The position numbers and the translations under genes are program-made. This document shows, piece by piece, positions 36,091-45,206 of a DNA stretch of 45,904 nucleotides. How positions within the stretch are numbered: the first letter of the stretch is position 1; every line of letters begins with the position of its first letter. Below the pieces are notes generated by a model. That model saw only the letters and a program-made list of their open reading frames with translations, did no database searches and had not been told where the DNA came from. This DNA comes from a virus (Duplodnaviria; Caudoviricetes): the IMG/VR virus record IMGVR_UViG_3300008255_000187, positions 1 to 45,904 of that record, one strand, 5' to 3'.

Positions 36091-37365
36091 ATGAAACCTT
36101 TGTATGAACATCAACAAAAAATTATCCGAGAAGACCGTCTCCAATGTGGACTGTTTCTTGGCACGGGAGCTTCAAAGACTCGGACGGCTCTTTGTCTCGC
36201 TGAAGGTAACACCCTTGTTATTTGCCCGAAGCAACAACGTGAAGACCAAACTTGGGAGAGAGAAAATGAGAAGTGGGGAACAGGAATAGATTTAACTGTC
36301 ATCAGTAAAGAAGACCTTCGAAAAATGGGGCCTACTTTACCCCGCTACGAAACAGTGATTATTGATGAGTGCCATAATAACCTCGGGGTCATGCCGAACT
36401 TTGTACAGGTTAAAGGAGTCCAGAAGCCAAAGACCTCGCAGATTTTTGAGGAGACTAAAAACTTTATCGAAAGGACTAAGCCGAAGAGATTGTATTTTCT
36501 CTCTGCTACTCCTGTCCCAAAGCCGATGAGTATGTGGGGACTTGGAATACTGCTTGGCCAGAACTGGGATTTTGGACTGTTTCGCCAGACTTATTATGTC
36601 GAAGTCCGAGTTGGCGGGACCCGTAGAATATGGATGCCGAAGAAAACAGAGGACGCAAAACAGCGGTTAGCCAACCTGGTCCAAAGATTTGGATATACTG
36701 GGGGATTAAATGACTTCTTTGACGTCCCGGAACAAACCCATAAAGTGGTTGAAATTGGCCTTAGTGGCGAGCAAAAGCGTGCGATGGAGAATATGACCTT
36801 TGCGGAGGCAGACCCTCTGGTGAGGCGTGCCAGGCTCCGTACGATTGAGAATGGAATACTATACGGGAAGCACATTGAGGAACTAGACGGAAAGATAGAC
36901 CAGATGACCAATCAGACCACTATTTTTAAGTCCTATAAGATTGATTATATCCTCGAAAGAGCCCAGGAATTCCCTAAACTTCTTATCTTTGCCAACTACA
37001 CCGCCCAGATTGAGGAGATTGCTAGAGCTTTACGAGCCGAAGATTATGAAGTCTCAATTTTAAACGGTGCCACTAAAGACCGGAGTTTTATCAAAAGAGT
37101 CGATGAGAGCGATGCTCCTCACATAATTATTGCCCAGTGTGCTATCTCTTCCGGCTATGAACTTCCCAGCTTCCCCTGTGTAATCTATGCTAGTAAGTCG
37201 TTTAGGTTCATTGACTATGAACAATCGCTAGGAAGAGTATTAAGGTCAAACGCCCTAAAGAAAAACTTGTACATACATTTGGTAGTAGAAGGCTGTGACA
37301 AAGACTGTCATGAGTCTATAATGAATGGGGTTGACTTCCAGGAGCGGCTAACGATGAATATATGA
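36091..37365 (+). CDS. SF2 (SNF2-like) helicase
   Basis: GTGASKT, IIDECH, LSATP, SGYELP, QSLGRVLR. Confidence 0.88.
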   Translation: MKPLYEHQQKIIREDRLQCGLFLGTGASKTRTALCLAEGNTLVICPKQQREDQTWERENEKWGTGIDLTVISKEDLRKMGPTLPRYETVIIDECHNNLGVMPNFVQVKGVQKPKTSQIFEETKNFIERTKPKRLYFLSATPVPKPMSMWGLGILLGQNWDFGLFRQTYYVEVRVGGTRRIWMPKKTEDAKQRLANLVQRFGYTGGLNDFFDVPEQTHKVVEIGLSGEQKRAMENMTFAEADPLVRRARLRTIENGILYGKHIEELDGKIDQMTNQTTIFKSYKIDYILERAQEFPKLLIFANYTAQIEEIARALRAEDYEVSILNGATKDRSFIKRVDESDAPHIIIAQCAISSGYELPSFPCVIYASKSFRFIDYEQSLGRVLRSNALKKNLYIHLVVEGCDKDCHESIMNGVDFQERLTMNI

Positions 37366-37643
37366 ATTATCCTCAAGAAAAAAATTCAAATTGGAAACCT
37401 AAATCAACTAATTATCAAACAATCCACACCTGGTTGCAGGTAAATTTTAAAAAAGAAAAGTGTGAGGATTGCGGGGTCAAGGATAAGAAGTTCGATTGGG
37501 CGTTAAAAAAGGGCAGAAAATATTTAAGGAAAAGAGAAAACTTCAAGGTCCTCTGTAGAAGTTGCCATCTTAAATATGACTATACCCAGAAGAGAAGAGA
37601 CTTAACTAAGACATTGGTGCTTAAAAGATGGCACAAAGATTAA
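37362..37643 (+). CDS. Small HNH-like zinc-binding nuclease
   Basis: YQTIHTWL...CEDCG...NFKVLCRSCHLKYD. Confidence 0.65.
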   Translation: MNYPQEKNSNWKPKSTNYQTIHTWLQVNFKKEKCEDCGVKDKKFDWALKKGRKYLRKRENFKVLCRSCHLKYDYTQKRRDLTKTLVLKRWHKD

Positions 37644-37653
37644 CTTTAAACAT

Positions 37654-37818
37654 ATGAAGAAACGATATTGCCCCGACTGTAAAATAGAAGTAGAGGTTGG
37701 GGAAGAAACTATTGTGGGGGAAGAGTATTTATATTGTGTCTTGTGTGGAGCTGTTATTGCTAAAATAGATTTTAATTGGAATTTACCAGAGGAGACATTG
37801 ACAGCGACATCTACATAA
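37654..37818 (+). CDS. Small zinc-ribbon protein (54 aa)
   Basis: MKKRYCPDCK...LYCVLCG. Confidence 0.6.
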   Translation: MKKRYCPDCKIEVEVGEETIVGEEYLYCVLCGAVIAKIDFNWNLPEETLTATST

Positions 37819-37826
37819 GGTATAAT
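37798..37826 (+). promoter_or_regulatory. Sigma70 promoter (perfect consensus), probably producing a leaderless mRNA
   Basis: TTGACA-17 nt-TATAAT; predicted +1 coincides with ATG 37833. Confidence 0.8.
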
Positions 37827-37832
37827 AACTAT

Positions 37833-38006
37833 ATGAAACGTATATTAAATAAGTGGCAGTTCCAATTGTCCTTGAACAAAGATTACGTCCGGGGATATGG
37901 GCACGTTCTGATGGTGGGAATAATAAAAGTTATTTCCTTCCCAGACGAGGCGTGTATGTTGAGCAAAAAGAATTATAAAGGATTTCTGATAACTAAGTAT
38001 TTATGA
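37833..38006 (+). CDS. Hypothetical protein
   Basis: MKRILNKWQF...; ATG directly after the promoter; ATGA overlap with the next gene. Confidence 0.6.
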   Translation: MKRILNKWQFQLSLNKDYVRGYGHVLMVGIIKVISFPDEACMLSKKNYKGFLITKYL

Positions 38007-38383
38007 AAAGAGAAGCAAAGTGGAATACCGTCCTAGAACAGTATTTAAGAGAGAAGAAATTCTATTGCTATTATGAACTGAAGCAAACCGATACTGAATC
38101 ATTCGCCTTTGCTAAGATAAGAAAAGTACAGTGGGACGGATTACAAGCAACGGAGAAAAACGGATTGGTCTGGAAGTTATCCGATGAGGAAAGCCGGCCG
38201 AAACCAATCGATGGATTATCAACTCCTCCGCTCCCCTCTTATTTAGTAATAAAGTTTAAGGATAAATTCTGTTTAATCAGATTTGAGAAAATAGTAAAGC
38301 TAAGAAATGAAGGCGTTATATCTGTCTCGAGGTCGACGGCAGAAGAGATGTCTGAAAAAATAATAATCTTAAAATTAAAATAA
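38003..38383 (+). CDS. Putative RecU-like Holliday junction resolvase (PD-(D/E)xK)
   Basis: N-terminal E helix, YELKQT motif, Q...L, KPIDG. Confidence 0.55.
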   Translation: MKREAKWNTVLEQYLREKKFYCYYELKQTDTESFAFAKIRKVQWDGLQATEKNGLVWKLSDEESRPKPIDGLSTPPLPSYLVIKFKDKFCLIRFEKIVKLRNEGVISVSRSTAEEMSEKIIILKLK

Positions 38384-38388
38384 TAATT

Positions 38389-38571
38389 ATGAAAAAAGAA
38401 ATTGCAGCGAAAGCTAAGGTGAAAGTAAAGGTTCTCCCGATGGCGAGAATCAACACGAGAATCAAACAAATCCAACATAAATATATTAAGTTGGAGGCAA
38501 AGAATACTAAGCGTACAGAGGGGGAAGTTTTTCGTGATATCATCGACTTTTATATAAATAAAAAAAAGTAA
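38389..38571 (+). CDS. Putative ribbon-helix-helix DNA-binding protein
   Basis: RINTRI strand, then helices ...TEGEVFRDIIDFY. Confidence 0.55.
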   Translation: MKKEIAAKAKVKVKVLPMARINTRIKQIQHKYIKLEAKNTKRTEGEVFRDIIDFYINKKK

Positions 38572-38581
38572 TTAAAAATGT

Positions 38582-38884
38582 ATGTTAGAATTCGTTAAAA
38601 TGTACGAAGAGTATGCTATCTTGGACGCTAAGATAAAAGCTTTGACAAGTCAGAAGGACGAAATTAAAGTCCAAATCCTAGAAGAGTTCGAAGCTAGCGG
38701 GACCAACAATATGGATACCCCGGTTGGCAAGTTCACTATTTCTAAATTGAAATCATGGACCTACACCGAAGCAGTTGAAGAAAAAACCGAAGAGCTAAAA
38801 GCTCTCAAAGCCAAAGAGGAAAGCACTGGTGATGCAACTTATGAAGAGAAACCATCTCTTCGCTTCACCGGTTTAAAACTTTAA
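38582..38884 (+). CDS. Gp157/Gam-like coiled-coil protein
   Basis: N-terminal coiled coil, T..GKFTI...W.Y, C-terminal SLRF; AAAAATGT-ATG start. Confidence 0.5.
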   Translation: MLEFVKMYEEYAILDAKIKALTSQKDEIKVQILEEFEASGTNNMDTPVGKFTISKLKSWTYTEAVEEKTEELKALKAKEESTGDATYEEKPSLRFTGLKL

Positions 38885-38904
38885 TTAATTAATCCGCAAA
38901 CAAA

Positions 38905-39504
38905 ATGGAAAAAGTAACAAAGGTGGCTCCTAAGCCAATAATCAAAAAGGTGGCTCCTAAGCCAGCAGCTAAGAAGGCAACTCCTAAGCCGACTGTTGAG
39001 CTAGTTAGTTATTCGATTAAAATGGTTATCCCAACTGGTGCTTATGCAAATATCCAACCGGAAATAATCGTTAAGTCGAAGTCTATTGAAGACGCCCATA
39101 ACTATATTGCTCCTCACATGAACAAACTATGGAAGGAATATTTCTTAATCAATGAGCGAAGACCGGAAACTCCAAAAACTTCTGTGGTAACTCCGCCGGC
39201 TCCGGTTGTTGTTCCAGAGCCAGTTAAGACCCAAACTGAAATGGTCATCGAAACTTTTGGTGGTCATGAAATTGGAGGTAAAGTTCCTGCCGGTGTCCCA
39301 TCAAATGTTCCTGGACCGGATAGCAGTGTCGCTTTGGTTAAAGCTACCCAGGCTATTGAGTCTTGTTTAAGTCTTGATGCTTTGGAACTAATTGAAGCCC
39401 AGGTTATTAAATCAGTTAAATTGAGCCACGAAGATAAAGAGGCTTTAATGCCACTTCTAAGTAAAAAAGCTATTGATTTAACATTCCCCGACGATGCAAA
39501 ATAA
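38905..39504 (+). CDS. Hypothetical protein with KVAPKP repeats
   Basis: 199 aa; N-terminal KVAPKP x2 plus KATPKP. Confidence 0.7.
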   Translation: MEKVTKVAPKPIIKKVAPKPAAKKATPKPTVELVSYSIKMVIPTGAYANIQPEIIVKSKSIEDAHNYIAPHMNKLWKEYFLINERRPETPKTSVVTPPAPVVVPEPVKTQTEMVIETFGGHEIGGKVPAGVPSNVPGPDSSVALVKATQAIESCLSLDALELIEAQVIKSVKLSHEDKEALMPLLSKKAIDLTFPDDAK

Positions 39505-40120
39505 AAAAAACAAATTAATATTACCCCGCCCTCACTTGTCGTGGACCCAATTAAGTTGTTGGACCACGAGCCCCGCTCGTTTTAGAAAAGAGTATTTCGA
39601 GTGTGGCAACAAGTTAGACACCAAATATTTGAGACTAGGCAAGGGGATAGCAGAACTTATTGAGCGAGATGCCCATAAAGTTTTACTACCGGACTTGATA
39701 GTTTACGATGTAAGGGAGCACGAGATAAGGACAACCGTCCGAGGAGTCCCGCTGCTCTCTTACCTCGATGACTACGACCCAATTAAAAATGTTTTTCGTG
39801 AGAAGAAGACTGGTAAAATACCGTGGACACAAGCTAAAGTTATTAAGCATGGCCAATTAGTTTTCTACGCCGTAGCTCTAAAACATAGCATAGGGAAAAT
39901 CCCCGAATACTGTGATTTGGACTGGATGGAAACTAAAGAAGGGGCCATTGAATGTGATGACTTCTGGCGTGAGAATGAAAAAATTGTCCAGGTAACCGGG
40001 AGAATAAAGAGCTTCCATCGTGAGTTTGATGAGCGGGAGATTGAGAAGATGGAGGATTTAATCGAGAAGTCGGCTTATGAAATATCGGAAGCATATCAAA
40101 ACTTCCTCAAGGAGATTTAA
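39494..40120 (+). CDS. PD-(D/E)xK exonuclease (RecB/Cas4-like)
   Basis: HLSWTQL, SYLD, REKKTG, QLVFY motifs. Confidence 0.75.
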   Translation: MQNKKNKLILPRPHLSWTQLSCWTTSPARFRKEYFECGNKLDTKYLRLGKGIAELIERDAHKVLLPDLIVYDVREHEIRTTVRGVPLLSYLDDYDPIKNVFREKKTGKIPWTQAKVIKHGQLVFYAVALKHSIGKIPEYCDLDWMETKEGAIECDDFWRENEKIVQVTGRIKSFHREFDEREIEKMEDLIEKSAYEISEAYQNFLKEI

Positions 40121-40138
40121 TAAATTAACTATAATTTT

Positions 40139-40354
40139 ATGAACGAAGAGATTAAACAACCAGCTATTTTGCAGAGGCTAGAAATATTGGGTGAATTAAT
40201 CGGCAAGTTAGAAAGAAAATTAGCACCCGTTACAAATAATTCCCCAATAGCAGAATGTGAAGACAGGGCCATCGGAGAGAGCCTGGCCATGGAAAGAATA
40301 GGACTGTTATGTAGCAAAGTGGAAAAAATAACAACGGCGGTTGATATTAGCTAA
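40139..40354 (+). CDS. Hypothetical protein
   Basis: 71 aa in the operon. Confidence 0.6.
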   Translation: MNEEIKQPAILQRLEILGELIGKLERKLAPVTNNSPIAECEDRAIGESLAMERIGLLCSKVEKITTAVDIS

Positions 40355-40358
40355 CTTT

Positions 40359-40520
40359 ATGAAACATAAAAAATGCGACTGTGACCACCTCTATACCTGC
40401 ATTTTCTGTAAAGAACCTATCAATGTTAGAGTTCAACCCTGGGACTATCTTTTCCCAAGTTCGACTTTCCATTTGGGGTGCAAAATTAAAAATGATTTCG
40501 ATAATAAAGTAAACGTATGA
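40359..40520 (+). CDS. Small Cys/His-rich protein (53 aa)
   Basis: MKHKKCDCDHLYTCIFCKE...FHLGC; ATGA overlap with the next gene. Confidence 0.5.
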   Translation: MKHKKCDCDHLYTCIFCKEPINVRVQPWDYLFPSSTFHLGCKIKNDFDNKVNV

Positions 40521-40738
40521 AACAATTGCCAATTTACGGGAACAAGACACTCCGCCTAGCGTTTGAATTTGGTCTAGTATTGTCGGAGGTAGCGAAGGAG
40601 AGAAAGATAGAACTGACAAGCGAGATATCAAGTAGAGCAGAAGATATCCTAATTCAGGAGTTGGGAGAAAAGGGTTTCCGCAAGACCGCTCTCAATTTCA
40701 TCCCGCTGGTACTGGCCGTACTTGAAGTAAAGGAATAA
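40517..40738 (+). CDS. Hypothetical protein, last gene of the plus arm
   Basis: 73 aa ending at the terminator. Confidence 0.65.
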   Translation: MKQLPIYGNKTLRLAFEFGLVLSEVAKERKIELTSEISSRAEDILIQELGEKGFRKTALNFIPLVLAVLEVKE

Positions 40739-40768
40739 AAAAACACCCCATCCGGGGTGTCTTTTTTT
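40737..40768. terminator. Bidirectional intrinsic terminator
   Basis: A run, ACACCCC-ATCC-GGGGTGT, then CTTTTTTT, between the convergent arms. Confidence 0.9.
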
Positions 40769-43700
40769 ATATAGGATTATATCTGCCCTCTCTCGATTTA
40801 CTTGGTGCTTTTCCCTTCTTTTTGTCTTCTTGCTTCTGATAATATTTTTTGCTTTCTGGGAGATTGAATTTTCCAAACAACGCTCCGGAGATATAATTTT
40901 CTGTAGTTGGAGCAACTTTATATTTAAACTTCCCAGAGCCAGTAGTCTCTTTACCGGCATCGACAGTAGAGAGCCCCTCAACTGTTCTTTGAATTTGAGC
41001 ACCGGCGGGGACAATGTTAGTGAACAATGATTTACCAACGACCTTAGCTCTCTGGCTTCCGTCTAATTTATTGCCGTACTTATCGACTCCCATTACCCCG
41101 CTGTTGTATAAATCAACAAAGAATTGGATTGCCGGTGGCATTCCCCACCTCAAAGTCTTGAATGAGTCGTCCCACTTCATGCCGAATGCTCCACCGATGT
41201 AAGAGAACAGGAGCATCGAACTAGCAATGTATCTAATAAGTTTCCGCCACTCCCTTTGACCAATCATATGCCCAATAAATTCTGTTTGCTTTAATCCGAA
41301 GGTCTGAAATTGGGCGACCATTTTGGCGATGTCACTATTTAAGGCGACCGGAGTATCGAGTGAGCCGAATAAGAATTGAGTCTTAGCGGCCACGAATTTC
41401 CCGTAAGCAATAGCGTCTTCTTTCGTCGGAGTATAATTTGCGGGCTTCTCTTTACCTAGAGCTTCTCTGAATTCTTTGTTAGTAGTCTTTCCCGCTGCGA
41501 ACTTAGCCTTAGCCCCGTAGTAAGCCGCTCCACGATTAACGAGTTCCGAGGCATTCATATTTACAAATAGAACATTATCGAATTTCTCGGCCATCTTTTT
41601 TACGGCACTGTAAGTTCTGTCTTCAATGAAAGGAGCAATTAACACGCCGTTGTCTCTTAATTCTTTGCCTCCAAATTTAACCAAGTCTATATACCCCCGG
41701 GTGGTGTACCATCCGCCAAGTTCTGTGAAAGTATTAACGCCCTGGGTTAAATTTTTAGCGAAGGAGGTAATAGAACCACCAATCTTCGCTCGAGCAATCA
41801 TCATTCTGATGCTTCTAGTAATAGTTGCCGTTGGTCTGGCCCCAAATAAGTATCCGAACTTCTCTTTAATATGGTTATCAATTAAGGTATCAGCCGTGGT
41901 TGGTCTCATATTAACCGCTCCAAGGTAACTATTAAGGTAATTCAATTGACTGGTATCTGTTAAGTGCGAGCTAGCTTCCTTCAATTCAGCTAATGCCGGG
42001 TCCATGTTAACTTTGCGAGTCGCTCTTTTAACATAGGCGTCGAGAGCTTTCCAGGTATTTTGGATATAGCCCTTCGCTCCTTGTCTTTGTAATAAGAACG
42101 GGTCATAAACACTACCTGGGATTTTCTTGTTGATAAGGAAGGCAATTTCCTCTGGGATTTCTCCACCCTTGCCGAATGGGAAAATGTGGGTGATGTAATC
42201 AGATATTCTATCGTCCGGAGACATTCCAAGTCTGTCAGCCCATTCACTTAGCCAGACTTTGATTTCTTTGGCTACCTGCGATTCCTCTGCAGTCAAAGCA
42301 ATCTCTTCTCCATCTAAATACTTAAAGATTTTTTCGTTCCCTTCAGCGGAAACTCTTTTTGACCAAGCGGTAATCTTATCTATGTTGCCCGGCAATTCTT
42401 TGACGTAGCCCTCGTAGCCTTTAAGCAAGGCCTGGTAGGCTGGTCTAATTTTCATTCTATCAAAGACCTTCCAAGGGGTACGAAGGTAGTCCATCCAGCG
42501 AATTCTTTCATTAAGCGGGGTATGCTTTTCTCCTTCGATTACAGCCTCTAGGGGCTCGATAGTGGAGCCAATATCTGGCGGTAGTCCTTCTTTACCTTTT
42601 TCAAGTATTTCATCAGCCATACCAGCTGGAGACTCCGCAGTTTGAGGCATTAGGGTCTCGACAGGAACCTCTTTAGAAGACCCCTTAAATAAGGATTTAG
42701 CCTCTTCCGCCGCTCTAGCTTTTGGGGTAATGGCAAATGAGCCTTCTCCTGGAGTTCCTTGTGCGGCAGTAACTCGTTGGTCTAGTTTATCGAACAAGGT
42801 TTTTATATCTGTCTTAAAACTAGGAGCCTCTCTGTTAGCGAATTCTGTAAGTGGAGTTGATTTATCGCCGGCCAAAATCTTATCGAAGACAGGTTTTATT
42901 CTATCCATTGCTTCGATATTTCCACGATTAACCAATCTCTTCAAGCCATCAAATAATTTCTTTGAAACTCTTTTAAGCAACGGTTCCATCTGTTGAGCAG
43001 GAACTTTATGCTCGAAGACATATTCAGAGAAGCTTTGAGCAAAGAATTCCTGGACACTGCCTCCATGATATTTTGGATTCTTGTTGAGACTGCCTTCGAA
43101 GATTCTAGTATTGCCGGCTTTACCTCCTAATTTTTTATAGACTTCGTCGACAACAGCTCTTTCTTCTGAAGTCAGAAGCATATAATAACCAGCGTGGCCG
43201 TATTCGTGAACGAAAGTTCCGGAAGCATCCTTGCCGTTAGCGGCGATGCCTTTTTGCATTTGAAGTTTATGTTGGTCAAATTTACTTTCGTCAACGATTT
43301 GCCTGCCGTTAACCATTTTAGATTTCCAAGTAACTCGGCCTAAAGACCTCTTTAATCTTCCGTTAACTTCTATATTTAGATAATCCAAAAACTCGTCTTT
43401 GGTATTTTCAAATAATGTTTTTAAGATAGTGGCATCCTCGGGAAACATGGTGTTATCTTTAACCATGGCGTCCATCGAAGCGTTAAACTTTTTCTGTCCT
43501 GGTTTAGCGGCACGGTATTGGTTATTAATTTCCTCAATTGATTGAGAAGGGTCTATCGCCTGTTCATTATTGCTTACTTGGTTGCTATTCCTATTATAAT
43601 TATCAGCGAATTTGTTAAAAGCCTCAAATGCTTTTTTTATTTCAGTGGATTTTACTCCCGGTAACGATATCTCTGTTAGAAATTGGCCAGTACCAACGGG

Positions 43701-45200
43701 AGCCTCTCTCACCGAAACATCCATACCGGAGTTTTGAGCCGCTTCTATAAGATTCGGTGTTACACTTTTTTGATTATAAATAATTTTCCATTGTTGAGGA
43801 GTTTGAGAAAAATGAAAACCAGAACTTAATGGCTCCTCATTAAAAGTAGCCTCCACTGCAGAAGCAACTGGTAACTCAAGCTCTATTCCGCCAATAGAGG
43901 AAACCCTAGTTGTAGGGATTGCAGCTTCTTCTGTTGAGTTTTTATCTTGATTAAATAGTGGTTGACTAGGAGTTGAAACGACACTGGCGTTATTAACTGG
44001 AGCTTTTTTATCATAAGCACCAGACCCTTCAGCAATAACATTCGGAGCGGTCATAAGTAACATAGGAAGAGCAGAATCAATCATTGTCTGAACACTTTGT
44101 TTTGAAACCTTCCAAAGGGCTTCAGCGACTGGAATGCCTTGAACTTTATCGTCCATCCACTTTCCCATTTCAGTAGTTATTCCAGTGATAAACTGTTGCA
44201 TTCCTTCTTCTCCGACCTCTGTTGCCCAATTTTTACCATATTTCTGAACCATCGAGGCCACAGAACGCTTTGTAAGCGATGCAATTTCTTGTTTCGCTAA
44301 CTTGTTCAGCTCTGGGACTATTTTATCAACTTGTGAAAATTCGATAGCAGCATAAGGGACACCGGCTGCAGACCCAAGCCATTTTGAGGTATCATGGTCG
44401 ATTCCTTCGTCTCTCATCACACCGTACATACTACCAGCTCCTTGGCGGTACCAGTACTGCATTCCTCCCAACATTTCACCGGCTTTGTAGGCAGTGGGAA
44501 CCGTAACCAGTTCTTCCGGAAGACCAACTTGAGGACCAAGTTGTCCGGCGATAAGGGCGGCTGCTCCGGCACCAGCTCCCAAAACTTTACCTTGAACATT
44601 ACCAGTAAGCATTGCTGGAGCCATTCCAGCAACAGTGGTTAGAGTCTTTGTCCCTAGGTTTTTATTTTTAATCGGGTCGTTGGCTTCTTTAGCTTGGAGT
44701 ATCTGTTTTCTCTGATTAACTTCGTTGTATTTATTTGGGTCGTTAGACATCATGGCCGAATACATATCGGTATCAATCTTTGCCGCTTCATTACCACGAG
44801 AATAAGATTCTTTTAAATTACCAACGAGACCACGACCACGAGTGGCCATGTATTCTGTTTGGGCATCGCCTTGAGTTTCTATTTGTTTTTGGATTGGGGT
44901 TTTGTTCATGCCAAAAAAATCCTCCACTTTGTCTGGGAGAACGGCACGGACGACTTTGTTCCATAGGCTTTGTTTTTCTGGAGCGGCTGCCTTTCCTTGA
45001 GATAGGGTTGATTCTGGAAGTCCGTATTGCTGGGCAATTGTGAGGGGCTTAGGAGTAGCAACCGGGGGGGTAACTGGAGAGGGTTTAACTACTGCAGCCA
45101 AAGGAGCAGCAGCAGGGACTGCTGTTGCGGGGGCATATCGGTTAACCCTAGATATATCAGTAGTGGTGGCGACTGGAGTGTACCTATTAGTTCTTAACAT
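40767..45200 (-). CDS. Large internal virion/DNA-ejection protein with zincin-like metallopeptidase motif
   Basis: 1477 aa, last gene of the structural arm; FVHEYGH...QEFFAQSF (HExxH plus downstream E). Confidence 0.7.
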   Translation of the reverse strand: MLRTNRYTPVATTTDISRVNRYAPATAVPAAAPLAAVVKPSPVTPPVATPKPLTIAQQYGLPESTLSQGKAAAPEKQSLWNKVVRAVLPDKVEDFFGMNKTPIQKQIETQGDAQTEYMATRGRGLVGNLKESYSRGNEAAKIDTDMYSAMMSNDPNKYNEVNQRKQILQAKEANDPIKNKNLGTKTLTTVAGMAPAMLTGNVQGKVLGAGAGAAALIAGQLGPQVGLPEELVTVPTAYKAGEMLGGMQYWYRQGAGSMYGVMRDEGIDHDTSKWLGSAAGVPYAAIEFSQVDKIVPELNKLAKQEIASLTKRSVASMVQKYGKNWATEVGEEGMQQFITGITTEMGKWMDDKVQGIPVAEALWKVSKQSVQTMIDSALPMLLMTAPNVIAEGSGAYDKKAPVNNASVVSTPSQPLFNQDKNSTEEAAIPTTRVSSIGGIELELPVASAVEATFNEEPLSSGFHFSQTPQQWKIIYNQKSVTPNLIEAAQNSGMDVSVREAPVGTGQFLTEISLPGVKSTEIKKAFEAFNKFADNYNRNSNQVSNNEQAIDPSQSIEEINNQYRAAKPGQKKFNASMDAMVKDNTMFPEDATILKTLFENTKDEFLDYLNIEVNGRLKRSLGRVTWKSKMVNGRQIVDESKFDQHKLQMQKGIAANGKDASGTFVHEYGHAGYYMLLTSEERAVVDEVYKKLGGKAGNTRIFEGSLNKNPKYHGGSVQEFFAQSFSEYVFEHKVPAQQMEPLLKRVSKKLFDGLKRLVNRGNIEAMDRIKPVFDKILAGDKSTPLTEFANREAPSFKTDIKTLFDKLDQRVTAAQGTPGEGSFAITPKARAAEEAKSLFKGSSKEVPVETLMPQTAESPAGMADEILEKGKEGLPPDIGSTIEPLEAVIEGEKHTPLNERIRWMDYLRTPWKVFDRMKIRPAYQALLKGYEGYVKELPGNIDKITAWSKRVSAEGNEKIFKYLDGEEIALTAEESQVAKEIKVWLSEWADRLGMSPDDRISDYITHIFPFGKGGEIPEEIAFLINKKIPGSVYDPFLLQRQGAKGYIQNTWKALDAYVKRATRKVNMDPALAELKEASSHLTDTSQLNYLNSYLGAVNMRPTTADTLIDNHIKEKFGYLFGARPTATITRSIRMMIARAKIGGSITSFAKNLTQGVNTFTELGGWYTTRGYIDLVKFGGKELRDNGVLIAPFIEDRTYSAVKKMAEKFDNVLFVNMNASELVNRGAAYYGAKAKFAAGKTTNKEFREALGKEKPANYTPTKEDAIAYGKFVAAKTQFLFGSLDTPVALNSDIAKMVAQFQTFGLKQTEFIGHMIGQREWRKLIRYIASSMLLFSYIGGAFGMKWDDSFKTLRWGMPPAIQFFVDLYNSGVMGVDKYGNKLDGSQRAKVVGKSLFTNIVPAGAQIQRTVEGLSTVDAGKETTGSGKFKYKVAPTTENYISGALFGKFNLPESKKYYQKQEDKKKGKAPSKSREGRYNPI

Positions 45201-45206
45201 ATTTTT

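Noticed and set aside
39494-40120. Cas4-like nuclease as evidence of a CRISPR system
   Set aside because: Stand-alone PD-(D/E)xK exonucleases are routine in phage recombination modules; no Fe-S cysteine cluster, array or other cas genes
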